Positions 36,848 to 47,026 of a DNA stretch of 64,000 bases are shown in pieces. The stretch lies in NCBI GenBank assembly GCA_023139045.1, contig JAGLOJ010000012.1, positions 9,725 to 73,724 of the forward strand, written 5' to 3'. The stretch is from Candidatus Sabulitectum sp. (lineage in GTDB: Bacteria > Fermentibacterota > Fermentibacteria > Fermentibacterales > JCC-6). Position 1 is the stretch's first letter. Each line of letters begins with the position of its first letter. Under the pieces are notes generated by a model that searched no databases, had not been told where the DNA came from, and worked only from the letters and a program-made list of their open reading frames with translations. The translations under genes were made by a program, and so were the position numbers.

Positions 36848-38950
36848 ATGAAAACAATCGTTGAAGAGATGATCGCTGGAAGAAAATTAGTTATTGAGAC
36901 AGGACGCATGGCCAAACAGGCCCACGGATCTGTTTACGTTCAGTATGGGGACTCTGCCGTTCTCGTCGCCGCTTGCAGCGAGCCGGCAACTCGTGAACTC
37001 AGTTTTTTCCCTCTTACCATAGAGTACCGTGAAAGAACATATGCCGCCGGCAAGATACCCGGTGGATTTTTCAAGAGAGAAGGGCGCCCAAGTGAGAAGG
37101 AAGTTCTTACTGCCCGACTCATTGACAGACCACTCAGACCACTGTTTCCCGAGGGTTTCAAGGATGAGACACAGGTTTACTGCCTTGTTCTCAGCTCCGA
37201 CGGAGTGAATGACCCGAACCTCCTCGGTTTGATCGGTGGATCGGCTGCTCTGATGATATCCAACATCCCCTGGGATGGACCGGTAAGCGCAATCAGAGTT
37301 GGCCGTGTTGACGGGGAAATCGTTCTGAACCCTACAGTTGAACAGCTGGAAGTAAGCGACCTTGAACTTGTTGTTGCGGTAAAAGACCGTGATGTTGTCA
37401 TGCTTGAGGGACATTGTGATGAGCTTTCAGAAGACATCATTGCTGAAGCCATCGCACTGGCGGCAGCAGAGGCAGCCAAGATCAATGATCTTCAGGCCAA
37501 GCTTCAGCAGCTTGTGGGAGCAGCAAAGAAGGAAGTCATTATTCCCGAGCTTCCTGAGGGTCTGTATGATATCGTTCTCGCCATTATGTCCGAGGAGCTT
37601 GGTGCTGTTTACGGCAGGGGCAACAAGGAAAACATGGCAGCAGCAATGGCAAACACTAAAGAACGCTCAGCCATCGTTGTAGCAGAAAAATTTGATGTTG
37701 AGCCGGATGATGCCGAGTGGAAGGGTTACATAAAGAAGGCTGTCTACAAGGCAGAGAAGGAATATGTCCGTTCAAGACTTCTTGCGGATGGAATCCGCTA
37801 TGACGGTCGTGAGCGCACCGAAGTCAGAGAGATAACCTGCGAAGTCGGTGTTCTTCCAAGAACACACGGTTCAGCTCTTTTTACAAGAGGCGAGACACAG
37901 GCTCTTGTCACAACCACTCTCGGCGGCGACAGAGATGAGCAGCGTATTGATGCCCTTCTTGGCGAGTACAAGAAGAATTTCATGCTTCACTACAACTTCC
38001 CAAGCTTCAGTGTTGGCGAAGTAAGGCCTGTAAGGGGCCCGGGCAGACGCGAGATCGGCCATGGCCACCTCGCTGAAACTGCAATTGAGGGTGTTATTCC
38101 TGAAGAATTCCCGTACACAGTCCGGGTTGTTTCAGACATTCTTGAATCAAACGGATCATCCTCACAGGCAACAGTATGCGGTGCATCACTCTGTCTCATG
38201 GATGCCGGTGTGCCCATTAAGTCCAATGTTGCGGGAATCGCCCTTGGTCTTGTTACCGACGGTGAGAGAACAATTGTTCTGTCCGACATCGCCGGTGTTG
38301 AAGATCACCTTGGTGATATGGACCTCAAGATCGCCGGAACATCAAATGGCATTAATGCCATTCAGATGGACCTCAAAGTTGAAGGCGTATCTCAGGAGCT
38401 TCTTGTTGGTGCATTCAACCAGGCCAGAGAGAACAGACTTCTCATTCTCGAAAGCATGGACGCCTGTATCAGCAAACCTCGCACGGAGCTCAGTCAGTAT
38501 GCTCCTCGTATCATCACCGTTCAGATCGACAAGGAAAAAATTGGCAAGCTGATTGGACCCGGCGGTAAAAACATCAGATTTGTCACTGAAGAGTCCGGTG
38601 CTGAGATCAACATTGATGATACGGGCATGGTTACTATTCTTACCAATGACGGTGAGAAGGCCGATCATGCTCTTAAGCTCATCGATCAGTTCGTGGGAAC
38701 TGCAAAAATCGGCAAGATCTACGAGGGTACGGTTGTCAGTATTCAGACATTCGGAGCCTTTGTTGAAATCATGCCGGGAACTGACGGTCTTGTTCATATC
38801 AGCAACATCAGCAAGGAACGGGTTAACGACGTTTCCGATGTTCTCAAGCGTGGACAGAAGGTTAGAGTCAAGGTTAACAAGATCAGAGACGATGGAAAGA
38901 TCGACCTCAACATGAAAGATGTTGATCAGACCGGAGACTCTGAAGAATAA
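36848..38950 (+). CDS. pnp: polyribonucleotide nucleotidyltransferase (PNPase)
   Basis: Two RNase PH domains, a KH domain ([14 protein letters not shown]) and an S1 domain. 86-nt leader after rpsO containing a short hairpin (GGCA...TGCC). Confidence 0.95.
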   Translation: MKTIVEEMIAGRKLVIETGRMAKQAHGSVYVQYGDSAVLVAACSEPATRELSFFPLTIEYRERTYAAGKIPGGFFKREGRPSEKEVLTARLIDRPLRPLFPEGFKDETQVYCLVLSSDGVNDPNLLGLIGGSAALMISNIPWDGPVSAIRVGRVDGEIVLNPTVEQLEVSDLELVVAVKDRDVVMLEGHCDELSEDIIAEAIALAAAEAAKINDLQAKLQQLVGAAKKEVIIPELPEGLYDIVLAIMSEELGAVYGRGNKENMAAAMANTKERSAIVVAEKFDVEPDDAEWKGYIKKAVYKAEKEYVRSRLLADGIRYDGRERTEVREITCEVGVLPRTHGSALFTRGETQALVTTTLGGDRDEQRIDALLGEYKKNFMLHYNFPSFSVGEVRPVRGPGRREIGHGHLAETAIEGVIPEEFPYTVRVVSDILESNGSSSQATVCGASLCLMDAGVPIKSNVAGIALGLVTDGERTIVLSDIAGVEDHLGDMDLKIAGTSNGINAIQMDLKVEGVSQELLVGAFNQARENRLLILESMDACISKPRTELSQYAPRIITVQIDKEKIGKLIGPGGKNIRFVTEESGAEINIDDTGMVTILTNDGEKADHALKLIDQFVGTAKIGKIYEGTVVSIQTFGAFVEIMPGTDGLVHISNISKERVNDVSDVLKRGQKVRVKVNKIRDDGKIDLNMKDVDQTGDSEE

Positions 38951-38959
38951 AACTGTATG

Positions 38960-38992
38960 AGGGGCGGTCGAAAGATCGCCCCTTGTCGGTAT
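38960..38992 (+). terminator. hairpin after pnp (AGGGGCG-10 nt loop-CGCCCCT) with a weak T-rich tail
   Basis: Perfect 7-bp GC-rich inverted repeat 10 nt after the pnp stop. The downstream tract TTGTCGGTAT is only partly U-rich. Confidence 0.4.
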
Positions 38993-39003
38993 ACAGGAAG
39001 TCT

Positions 39004-39447
39004 ATGGCAAAAATCCGTTTAAAACGCCTACCCGAATATGGGAACCTTCCCTTGCCTGAGCCAGCCACCTGCCATTCTGCCGGAGTAGACCTTCGTGCAG
39101 CAGTAAAGAAGTCGGTTTCAATCCCTCCGGGGAAAACTCTGCTTGTCCCTGCGGGCATTAAAGTTGCAATTCCAGCTGGCTTCGAGTGGCAGATAAGACC
39201 ACGGAGTGGACTTGCATTGAAACACGGGGTTACTGTTCTCAACTCGCCCGGTACAATAGATTCAGACTACAGAGGACCAGTTGGGGTTATTCTGATAAAT
39301 CACGGAACCGAAACATTCGTGATTAACAGAGGTGACCGGATTGCTCAGGCAGTTCTGGCCTCCGTTGAGTCTGTTGAGATGGAAGTCGCAGCAGAATTGC
39401 CTGAAACGTCAAGAGGGGAGGGGGGATTTGGCCACACAGGGACTTAG
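39004..39447 (+). CDS. dut: dUTP diphosphatase
   Basis: AGVDLRA, RSGLALKHG and GTIDSDYRGPVGVILINHG motifs. AGGAAG RBS before ATG 39004. Confidence 0.9.
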   Translation: MAKIRLKRLPEYGNLPLPEPATCHSAGVDLRAAVKKSVSIPPGKTLLVPAGIKVAIPAGFEWQIRPRSGLALKHGVTVLNSPGTIDSDYRGPVGVILINHGTETFVINRGDRIAQAVLASVESVEMEVAAELPETSRGEGGFGHTGT

Positions 39448-39916
39448 AATTGCAGTTGTCTTGTCTGTTCTGTATTTCCTGTCCTGTGCGTACAGCTTCA
39501 AAGGTACCCTTCCTGAAAATATCAAATCAGTACAGGTGGAGCAGTTTCGAAGCAATGTAACAGAGTACGGGCTTGAACAGGAGATAACATCTCTTATCAC
39601 CGAATCAATAGTGCGGGATGGGCGGCTTTCAATCGATAACGAAGCACCGGATGCCCGTATCAGCGGATCAGTAATGCGCTTTTCGCGTACTGCAGTTACA
39701 TACACCGGCGGTGAGGAAGTAGAACAATACAAACTTGAACTCAGAGTTTCGGTATCTATGGATAACACCTCCGATAATGAGTACATTATAAGGGACGAAG
39801 CTGTGTCGGAGTGGTTGCTGTACGACCCCTCAGCGGAGACCCTGGAGTCGGCCAGGCAGAGGTTGGTAATTCAGGTCTCTGATGCTGTTGTTCGCAGGTG
39901 CCTTTCCGGTTGGTAA
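39428..39916 (+). CDS. LptE-like outer-membrane lipoprotein (LPS-assembly), start overlapping the dut 3' end
   Basis: TTG 39428 follows a purine-rich RBS. Signal peptide with Cys (VLYFLSCAY). Shows the mature-region pattern YSFKGTLPENIKSVQVEQFRSNV.... Confidence 0.55.
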   Translation: MATQGLRIAVVLSVLYFLSCAYSFKGTLPENIKSVQVEQFRSNVTEYGLEQEITSLITESIVRDGRLSIDNEAPDARISGSVMRFSRTAVTYTGGEEVEQYKLELRVSVSMDNTSDNEYIIRDEAVSEWLLYDPSAETLESARQRLVIQVSDAVVRRCLSGW

Positions 39917-39977
39917 TCACTGGTTTACAGTCAGGACGAAACTGACCGTCCCACACGAGAAAAGGGGATGTAGAGTA

Positions 39978-40316
39978 ATGAAAAGCAGGAAACTGGGCTG
40001 TCTTCTCTGGGTTGTTTTGTTTTTAATGATGGTTCTCTGGGGATGGAAACTTATCGATTTTTATGTACTCAAGCCGGCAGCAATCAAAAAAGTCATGAAT
40101 GAAACGGTTGATCAGGTCAGTCGAATGAGAAGTACTGCTGCCAGGCAGGTCGAGTTTCTCAATCTGTGGGCGGATTGGAGACGATCCAGCACTACTGCAT
40201 TTACTACGACAGCTTTCCATGGAGGTGATTTTGTGGTAGAGTGGGTTGATACTCTCCATGTGCCGGTTTTCCCTTCAATTGTTCACGGCTTCAGGCTTAC
40301 AAGGGCGGTGCAGTAA
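39978..40316 (+). CDS. hypothetical membrane-anchored protein
   Basis: ATG 39978 after AAAGGGGA; single N-terminal TM helix (LGCLLWVVLFLMMVLWGW). Confidence 0.5.
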   Translation: MKSRKLGCLLWVVLFLMMVLWGWKLIDFYVLKPAAIKKVMNETVDQVSRMRSTAARQVEFLNLWADWRRSSTTAFTTTAFHGGDFVVEWVDTLHVPVFPSIVHGFRLTRAVQ

Positions 40317-40501
40317 TGAGTTTGTCCGACGACTGGCGGGAACGCCACGGCCAGAAGCAGTCTGGCAGCAGGGTAATCATCTACATCATTCTTCTGCTGG
40401 CTATTCTTTTCTTTATTGCCAGGTCTGGAAATTTCTCAAGACAGTTCGCACAGATTTTTATGGGCACCCGGGATTCAACAGCTGTTGAACCGGTTGAATA
40501 G
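40316..40501 (+). CDS. small (61 aa) single-pass membrane protein, hypothetical
   Basis: Start overlaps the upstream stop (TAATG). One TM helix (VIIYIILLLAILFFIA). Confidence 0.35.
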   Translation: MSLSDDWRERHGQKQSGSRVIIYIILLLAILFFIARSGNFSRQFAQIFMGTRDSTAVEPVE

Positions 40502-40508
40502 GAAGCTG

Positions 40509-41378
40509 ATGAGCAGAAGGATCTTTGATGCCCATTGTGACACACTTCTTCGAAGTTCCGCAGAGAAAGACTTTCTCAACGGATGCGAGACGCTTCATGT
40601 GGATCTTCCATCCCTTCTGGAGTCGGGGGTTCATGACCAGATTATGGCGGTATGTATTGAGCCTTACATAGGCAGGGAAAAGGAAATGTGGGAGCGGGGA
40701 CTGAGGAACTTCAGTGAGTTCAAAGCTCTTGAGAAGCCCAGATTTCATTTCGCCATTGAAGGCTGCCTGGCACTCTCAAAGGGGTGGGAACTTCCATTCC
40801 ACCCCATTGTCGCCAGCCTGACATGGAATGGTGACAATCCCTATGCCGGCGGAATTGGTTCCGAAATGGACCTTACAGAAGATGGCAGGACGCTTGCAAA
40901 AAAATTCATCAGGAATAAAACCATGGTTGATGTTTCCCATCTGAACGATCGATCACGAAAGAGCCTCCTCAAACTGGGATTTCCCGTGTGCGCAACCCAT
41001 TGCAATGCAAGAAAACTCTGCAACGGACACAACAGAAACCTTCCTGATGAAGATATCATTGAAATAGCCAGAAGAGGTGGTGTGATCGGCATCGCTTTTG
41101 TTCCCGATTTTCTTGAGGAAGACGGTGCAAAAGCCACCATCGAGTCCATAGTAAATCACATGGAGTACATTGCCGAGAAAACCTCTGTTGACAGCATTGG
41201 CTTTGGCAGCGATTTTGATGGTGTAAATAAGCTTCCACGGGGTATCAAGAGTGCCAGAAGCTGGCACCGTGTGATAGATGCTCTTGAGAACCGGGGATGG
41301 TCCGTCGATGATATTGATAAGGCAGCAGGCAATAACTGGCGAAGATTTTTCAAAATAGACAAGGAGATTTCAGGTTGA
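40509..41378 (+). CDS. membrane dipeptidase, peptidase family M19 (renal dipeptidase-like)
   Basis: IFDAHCDTL N-terminal metal-ligand motif, VDVSHLNDRS, ATHCNARKLCNGHNRNLPDE, GGVIGIAFV. AGGAAG RBS before ATG 40509. Confidence 0.8.
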   Translation: MSRRIFDAHCDTLLRSSAEKDFLNGCETLHVDLPSLLESGVHDQIMAVCIEPYIGREKEMWERGLRNFSEFKALEKPRFHFAIEGCLALSKGWELPFHPIVASLTWNGDNPYAGGIGSEMDLTEDGRTLAKKFIRNKTMVDVSHLNDRSRKSLLKLGFPVCATHCNARKLCNGHNRNLPDEDIIEIARRGGVIGIAFVPDFLEEDGAKATIESIVNHMEYIAEKTSVDSIGFGSDFDGVNKLPRGIKSARSWHRVIDALENRGWSVDDIDKAAGNNWRRFFKIDKEISG

Positions 41379-42151
41379 GACTTTCTCTAACAGCAGTGTT
41401 TATTTTTTCGACAATCATGATGGCACAGACACCACTGGAGTTCGGTATAGTTCGGGATCTGGTCGGAGGAACACCAAGGGTAAGTGTATTCAGTATAAAG
41501 ACCAGCAATGTTGATGGTGAAAATACTCTTCAGATATCGGCCAGAGCTGGAATTCAGTTCGACTGCACACGGCATACCATGCTGACAGACAGTATGACCG
41601 GCACAGAGGTTTTGATCCAGGGTCAGATCTGCTATTCCGCCTCTATCATGAAACCGACTATTGAGCATTTTTTTACCGTTATCAGGGAAAACATGGCTAG
41701 TTTCGGCAGTGGTGGAATTACTCAATTTCAGATCGAGCTGATTACATTTGATGAGATGGGCTGGCTATCTGTTATGATCCCCATTTCCAGGGTGGACAGT
41801 CTTCTTGAAGGAAACCTGACGCATCTGGAATTCTGGGCAAAGACCCCTGTCAACGAGGTGGAAGTTGGTACTGGTGGTTTTCCTGTTTTGAATGCCAGCC
41901 CGCTTCCCGAACTTCACGGTACCCCGGAAACAGCAGTTTTAATTGAACTGGTTCAGCAGGAAAAAAGCCATGCCTGGAAATCGCTTATACTTCCAGGGTG
42001 GGGGCAGATGTCTTCCGGTAACGGTGTTCCAGTTATCAACCTGCTGTCAGAAATCGCCGGAGCCGCTCTTCTGTTTACCGATGATTACAGCGAGGTGGGG
42101 ATTGGGATACTCGCTCTCAATCACCTGATCAGTTTTTCCGACCTCCTCTAA
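41375..42151 (+). CDS. hypothetical secreted protein
   Basis: Signal peptide MRLSLTAVFIFSTIMMAQ; no recognisable catalytic motif. Confidence 0.55.
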   Translation: MRLSLTAVFIFSTIMMAQTPLEFGIVRDLVGGTPRVSVFSIKTSNVDGENTLQISARAGIQFDCTRHTMLTDSMTGTEVLIQGQICYSASIMKPTIEHFFTVIRENMASFGSGGITQFQIELITFDEMGWLSVMIPISRVDSLLEGNLTHLEFWAKTPVNEVEVGTGGFPVLNASPLPELHGTPETAVLIELVQQEKSHAWKSLILPGWGQMSSGNGVPVINLLSEIAGAALLFTDDYSEVGIGILALNHLISFSDLL

Positions 42152-42164
42152 AGGAAGGAAGTAT

Positions 42165-42455
42165 ATGAGGTCTCTCGAGGGTTTTTTGATTCTGGTTGGT
42201 ACTATTCTTTGGGGAGTAGCATTCCTATTGGGAATCAATGCGGGCACCTGGGTGCTGGGCAAGTGGGGGGTATTTCTGATTGCTCTGGCCATTATTTTCA
42301 GGGTTATCGAGTTCCTTATTCCAAACAGGAAGCCCCAGCCTTTACGGCCCAAGGGTACTGTACGCAAGTGTCAGGCCTGTGGAAAACCTGCAATTACGGG
42401 ATCAAGATATTGCAGTTACCATACCACGTACGGTCCGGAGGATGAACGACTCTGA
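42165..42455 (+). CDS. small membrane protein with C-terminal zinc-ribbon-like CxxC...CxxH motif
   Basis: Two TM helices, then KCQACGKPAITGSRYCSYH. Confidence 0.5.
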   Translation: MRSLEGFLILVGTILWGVAFLLGINAGTWVLGKWGVFLIALAIIFRVIEFLIPNRKPQPLRPKGTVRKCQACGKPAITGSRYCSYHTTYGPEDERL

Positions 42456-42520
42456 CTGGTAAAAGAGTACTTGCAGCAGTTCTTTCCGCATCGCTTGCGC
42501 TGGCGATCGGGTACAGAATA

Positions 42521-43438
42521 ATGAACAGGGTGCATACGATTGAGGTCAGCCGAACATTTCCTGTTCTTGGAACATTTGCCACAGTGATTATTACAGTGGA
42601 CCAGGTTGATGGACAAACACTTCTTTTCAAAGCTGATTCACTGCTGGCTCATCTGGATACCCAGCTGGGCAGGTTCAGTGAGACCGGACAACTTCACCAT
42701 CTGAACACCACTTACGGTATTTCAACAACTACTGATCTTGCAGAGCTGATCCGCAGATCGGATACTCTTGTGAGCACCACTGATGCCAGTTTTGATCCGT
42801 CACTGGGAACTCTTTCCAGAGTATGGGGCTTCCCGGAGCCGACCGAGGTGCCTGACTCCAGCGCAATTTATCAGGCCCTTGTTCACACAGGCTGGGATAC
42901 CAGGATGCACATAAGTGCAGATACAATAACTATTGATCAGAACACAGTGATGGATTTCGGAGCAATTGCCAAGGGGTATGCAGTGGACCGTGCATACGAG
43001 CTTCTTGTGGAACTTGGAGCAGACGAGTGCCTTGTTGAAGTTGGCGGTGAGGTCAGGTGTGGCAGTTCAACCGGTAGAATATGGCATATTGGAGTTCGTC
43101 ATCCCAGAAATGAAAGCCTTGCTGGTATTCTTGGAATAACGGCAGGGGCTGTTGCCACCAGCGGTGATTATGAGTGTTTCTTCATGGAAGAAGGCATCAG
43201 GTACAGCCACCTTCTTGATTCAGAAACAGGATATCCGTCAAGAAATTCCGTCAGCGCAACTGTTATTGCAGAGGACTGTGCTACGGCGGACGCTATGGCT
43301 ACCGCTGCTGCGGTTGCTGGACCCCGGAAGGCACAAAACTTTCCGTCAGAGATGTATACTGGTATGATTATCATTACGGCAGACGAGAATGATAACTGCG
43401 AAACACATGAGTTCGGAGAGATCCCATGGGCGGAGTAA
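42521..43438 (+). CDS. apbE: FAD:protein FMN transferase (ApbE family)
   Basis: SFDPSLGTLSRVWGF, DFGAIAKGYAVDRA and GGEVR motifs typical of ApbE. An upstream in-frame hydrophobic segment has no canonical start. Confidence 0.85.
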   Translation: MNRVHTIEVSRTFPVLGTFATVIITVDQVDGQTLLFKADSLLAHLDTQLGRFSETGQLHHLNTTYGISTTTDLAELIRRSDTLVSTTDASFDPSLGTLSRVWGFPEPTEVPDSSAIYQALVHTGWDTRMHISADTITIDQNTVMDFGAIAKGYAVDRAYELLVELGADECLVEVGGEVRCGSSTGRIWHIGVRHPRNESLAGILGITAGAVATSGDYECFFMEEGIRYSHLLDSETGYPSRNSVSATVIAEDCATADAMATAAAVAGPRKAQNFPSEMYTGMIIITADENDNCETHEFGEIPWAE

Positions 43439-44247
43439 CGGAAAGAAGAGAACAGTGCCATATCTGCCCCCATGAATGTGTCTTTACAGAGAAACATCCC
43501 CTGGGCAGATGCAGGGTCAGAGGGCTCGATAACCCCGGTTACGGAATGTGCGTGGGTCTCGCGGTTGATCCCATTGAGAAGAAACCCTTAATAAATTTCC
43601 ATAGAGGAGCAACAGTTCTCTCAACAGGCCCCAACGGGTGCAACCTTACCTGCCTTAACTGTCAGAACTGGCACATCAGTCAGCAGAAATCCACCATGGT
43701 GCAATACATGAGTCCGGCAGAACTTGCCAATCTTGCCATGGAGAAAAGCGATGGCCTTGCCTTTACCTATACAGAACCCACTATCTGGTATGAGTACATT
43801 ATGGACACAGCTCCACTGGTAAAAGAACAGAACGGAATTGTGATAATGGTTTCCAACGGCTATGTAAACAAAAACCCCCTGCAGGATCTTATCAGTGTTA
43901 CAGATGCCTGGAACATCGATCTGAAGGCATGGAGCAATGACTTCTACAGAAAAATCTGCGGGGGAGATCTCCAGACGGTCAAGAACTCCATCGAGATGGT
44001 GGCCGCAAGTCACTGTCATCTGGAAGTCACCTGGCTTCTAATCCCCGGCCACAATGATGATCCACATCAGATTACAGATGCCGCGAAATGGATTAAGGCG
44101 GCGACAGGAGAGAACACCACGCTTCATGTTTCAAGGTACTTCCCACGGTACAGAATGAGTATTCCAGCCACCCCCATTTCCATGCTGAACGAAGCTGTTG
44201 CACTTTTCAGAAAGCACCTCAGGAATGTCTATCCGGGAAATATTTAA
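43426..44247 (+). CDS. AmmeMemoRadiSam-system-type radical SAM enzyme (PFL-activase-like)
   Basis: CHICPHEC...GRC cluster, DPIEKKPLINFHRGATVLS, GCNLTCLNCQNWHISQ (CxxxCxxC). Confidence 0.8.
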   Translation: MGGVTERREQCHICPHECVFTEKHPLGRCRVRGLDNPGYGMCVGLAVDPIEKKPLINFHRGATVLSTGPNGCNLTCLNCQNWHISQQKSTMVQYMSPAELANLAMEKSDGLAFTYTEPTIWYEYIMDTAPLVKEQNGIVIMVSNGYVNKNPLQDLISVTDAWNIDLKAWSNDFYRKICGGDLQTVKNSIEMVAASHCHLEVTWLLIPGHNDDPHQITDAAKWIKAATGENTTLHVSRYFPRYRMSIPATPISMLNEAVALFRKHLRNVYPGNI

Positions 44248-44587
44248 GCTCGGCGACGCAACTCTGATTATTGTCATTTTTGCCATTGCTTTGATCTGGA
44301 GTCGGTGCAATCGAGAACGCAATACAGAGCCGGAGAGTCTCCGCATTGTTACAGCAAATACCGATGACACCCTCAGCCTCTTCAGAGACACTTTAATAGC
44401 CATGGAACACCTGACAATTGAGATAAAAAATGAAAGCGCTGCAATAACACATTCGGATTGCCCTACGCAGCAGTGCGTGCGTACCGGCAGCATAACCACA
44501 CCGGGCCAGATGTCTGCCTGCATGCCCAACGGCATATGGATTGAAATACTTGGTTCAGAGAAAACCACAGATGTAATCAGCTACTAA
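44225..44587 (+). CDS. NusG domain II-containing protein (DUF1312), membrane-anchored
   Basis: N-terminal TM helix, then HSDCPTQQCVRTGSITTPGQMSACMPNGIWIEI, matching the DUF1312/NusG_II pattern. Confidence 0.6.
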   Translation: MSIREIFKLGDATLIIVIFAIALIWSRCNRERNTEPESLRIVTANTDDTLSLFRDTLIAMEHLTIEIKNESAAITHSDCPTQQCVRTGSITTPGQMSACMPNGIWIEILGSEKTTDVISY

Positions 44588-44874
44588 TCAGAAGATGAAT
44601 TTCAAAGCACCCCAGCTTCTTGCGTTCAATTCCTGATCAGGTTCATGTCCCAGACTGAGATGAAGCGTACAGTGCAATACAGGTAAAGCAGATAATCAAT
44701 CTCATAATGGACACCTTACACGATATGCGGCCAACAAACCACCATTGATATCTCAGTATAAGGGATTGAAGCATTTATGTCATGAGGGAATGCTTCTGTT
44801 GAGAACAGATATTGGGCTTTCGTACACTCAATAGCATATTCGACTGTAGGTTAAGCTCAATCGGGGAGGTTCCA

Positions 44875-45528
44875 GTGGGAAAAGTAAAGAACAGTGAAGA
44901 TCTGAGGATTCGTCTTCAACAGGCCTCGGGAGAAGATATCCTGGCATCTGGTTGGGGCACACTCGGGATGAAGAATGTGTTTGTGGGAGTAACACCTTCT
45001 GCCCTTTTTCTTGAATTCATTTCCTTTACAATGAAGTCGAAGGAGGTTAAAAGGATTCTCTTTGAGGATCTGGAATTCGTATATGCTGTTGCCGGTGACG
45101 CATCCACTCCAAAACTCATGAAAATGAATATTGAAGCCAGAATTACTGATTCGATCACAGGTACCCTTTTGTTCAAAGAGAATATGGGGAAGCTTACCCA
45201 TATCCTTTTCAGAAAAATGCCCAGACATGATGATAACAGCAGGGCTCCGTTCAGAATTACAGAATTCCTTGCGAGTGCAAAACCCGAGCTTGTACACCTG
45301 CCGGATATCTCTGCTAAAAGAGAACCGCAGTCGAAGGGTGGATGTTTGCGCCGGTTTGCTCTTATCACTCTGGTTTTAACAGCAATCTTTACAATTCTTT
45401 TCGGTTTGCTTCTGGAGGGGGGCTGGGGCAAGGCGTCTATGGTGGGCTTTTCAACTGCTCTTGTTTTTGGTGGAATTTCCGCTCCACTGGTTCCTGTGTT
45501 CAAGCGAATGATCACCGGCAGGGGGTAG
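44875..45528 (+). CDS. hypothetical protein with C-terminal double TM anchor
   Basis: GTG 44875 after a GGGGAGG RBS. Soluble N-domain, then two TM helices (FALITLVLTAIFTILFGLLL). Confidence 0.5.
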   Translation: MGKVKNSEDLRIRLQQASGEDILASGWGTLGMKNVFVGVTPSALFLEFISFTMKSKEVKRILFEDLEFVYAVAGDASTPKLMKMNIEARITDSITGTLLFKENMGKLTHILFRKMPRHDDNSRAPFRITEFLASAKPELVHLPDISAKREPQSKGGCLRRFALITLVLTAIFTILFGLLLEGGWGKASMVGFSTALVFGGISAPLVPVFKRMITGRG

Positions 45529-45553
45529 ATCGAACTTTTTAAGGATTAGCAAA

Positions 45554-46015
45554 ATGAAACTTCTCACACAGGTGTTGTTCCTGCTGATTGTATCAGCCCG
45601 TGGTGTATGCGCCTCTGACGGTGGAATAACACACAGGCTTGGTGTCTCCGGAGGGTTTCCACAATTGGTTGCTATCACATACCAGGTTACAACATCAAGA
45701 CACTTGTCTTTTGAGGCTTGTGCCGGATGTATACCTTTCTATTACACCACAGCAGCATTTCGTATAATTGCAGGCGATTCCTCCAATGGGTTTCATCCCA
45801 GATATTTTGCTGGAACAGCCATTGTTGACGATGTATACTCTGCTGACCCAAATGCCGTAACCTCCTACCTCTGGGCAGGTGCAGGTCTGGGATATGCTTT
45901 TGACCGTTTTCGACTGTTTGCAGACCTGGGGTATATCGGCGGAGGAGACAGGGATAAGGGCCTGGGTTACTCCACCGGACTGGCACTCAATGGTGGTTTC
46001 CTTTTCGATTTGTAA
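45554..46015 (+). CDS. small outer-membrane beta-barrel protein (OmpW/OmpA-like porin family)
   Basis: Signal peptide, alternating hydrophobic beta-strand pattern, aromatic/Gly-rich, C-terminal GGFLFDL. Confidence 0.6.
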   Translation: MKLLTQVLFLLIVSARGVCASDGGITHRLGVSGGFPQLVAITYQVTTSRHLSFEACAGCIPFYYTTAAFRIIAGDSSNGFHPRYFAGTAIVDDVYSADPNAVTSYLWAGAGLGYAFDRFRLFADLGYIGGGDRDKGLGYSTGLALNGGFLFDL

Positions 46016-46018
46016 CTT

Positions 46019-46891
46019 TCAGCCAGAAGGGCTTTCCAGTTCCGTATGTATGGTGTCAAACAGCTCAATGTGAGAAATTCCATATATGTGCTTTTCTGTC
46101 AGTGAGAGGGTTTTTTGCTTCAGCTCTTCCAGAGGTACATCGTCTTTAAGCATGTTCAGAACCGATGCAAGTACTGTATCTGCCGATCTTCCGTGCTGAA
46201 AAACTACTGAAAGGAACCGGTTCTTTGCCCAGAAAGCGTTCACTACCTTTTCATCCAGAGAGAAGAAACAAAGAAGCATCTCATTGGCATCAGCCGCCAT
46301 CAACAGCCAGTTTCCCGGCCAGGATCTTCGTTCGGTTCTGCGAGTCCAGTTAATAACATCGCACCCGGGAATTTCATGGTGAATGTAGTTGTTTACAAGA
46401 ACACTTACGCCGCGATCTGCAGCTTCTCTGAGATACGGAGAAAGATGCAGCAGTGGAAATCTGTCTGCTGTTATTACAATTTTACCTTTAGCATCACCGA
46501 TCAGTTTGCGGGCTTTCTGAAGAACCTGTTCCGTGTTCTCCAACTGAAATATCTCAGGAGAAGGGTTCTCTTCGTGCATGCCAATATTCTTGAAGACCTC
46601 ACGGGTTCTGTCTATCAGGTTGTCAGTTCTTCTTGAATACTGTTCCAGATACTCGTCCAGAGGAGTAGGGATATATATGTTTGTGGTTCCTTCAAGACTT
46701 GTCAGCACAAGACCCTTCTTGGCCATAGAACTGAGGGTATTGTAAATATTGGGTACAGATCTGCCCAGTATTTTGGCCACACGGTAACCGGAAAGCATGG
46801 GTGATTTTGTGAGTTGAACGTATATCCTTGCCTCGAGATCGGTGAGCCCAAGCTCCGAGAGGGCATCAATTCTGCTTTGGTGTTCGTTCAA
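46019..46891 (-). CDS. TrmB-family sugar-responsive transcriptional regulator
   Basis: N-terminal winged HTH (LTDLEARIYVQLTKSPMLSGYRVAKILGRSVPNIYNTLSSMAKKGLV) followed by a TrmB C-terminal sensor domain. Confidence 0.8.
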   Translation of the reverse strand: MNEHQSRIDALSELGLTDLEARIYVQLTKSPMLSGYRVAKILGRSVPNIYNTLSSMAKKGLVLTSLEGTTNIYIPTPLDEYLEQYSRRTDNLIDRTREVFKNIGMHEENPSPEIFQLENTEQVLQKARKLIGDAKGKIVITADRFPLLHLSPYLREAADRGVSVLVNNYIHHEIPGCDVINWTRRTERRSWPGNWLLMAADANEMLLCFFSLDEKVVNAFWAKNRFLSVVFQHGRSADTVLASVLNMLKDDVPLEELKQKTLSLTEKHIYGISHIELFDTIHTELESPSG

Positions 46892-47026
46892 AAGGACTCC
46901 AGATCATTTGGTTAATATGTACACTTATTATATGCTGCTGGAACCGGGGAAGACAGTTCTTGCAGCACTCAGTACTCTGCCGGGCAGCAGCGGTGCATTA
47001 TACAGACACTTAATACCTGACAGAAT

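Noticed and set aside
36887-38797. Several 60-175-aa ORFs antisense or out of frame inside pnp
   Set aside because: They are fully contained within a highly conserved PNPase coding sequence. Compositional bias typical of shadow ORFs.
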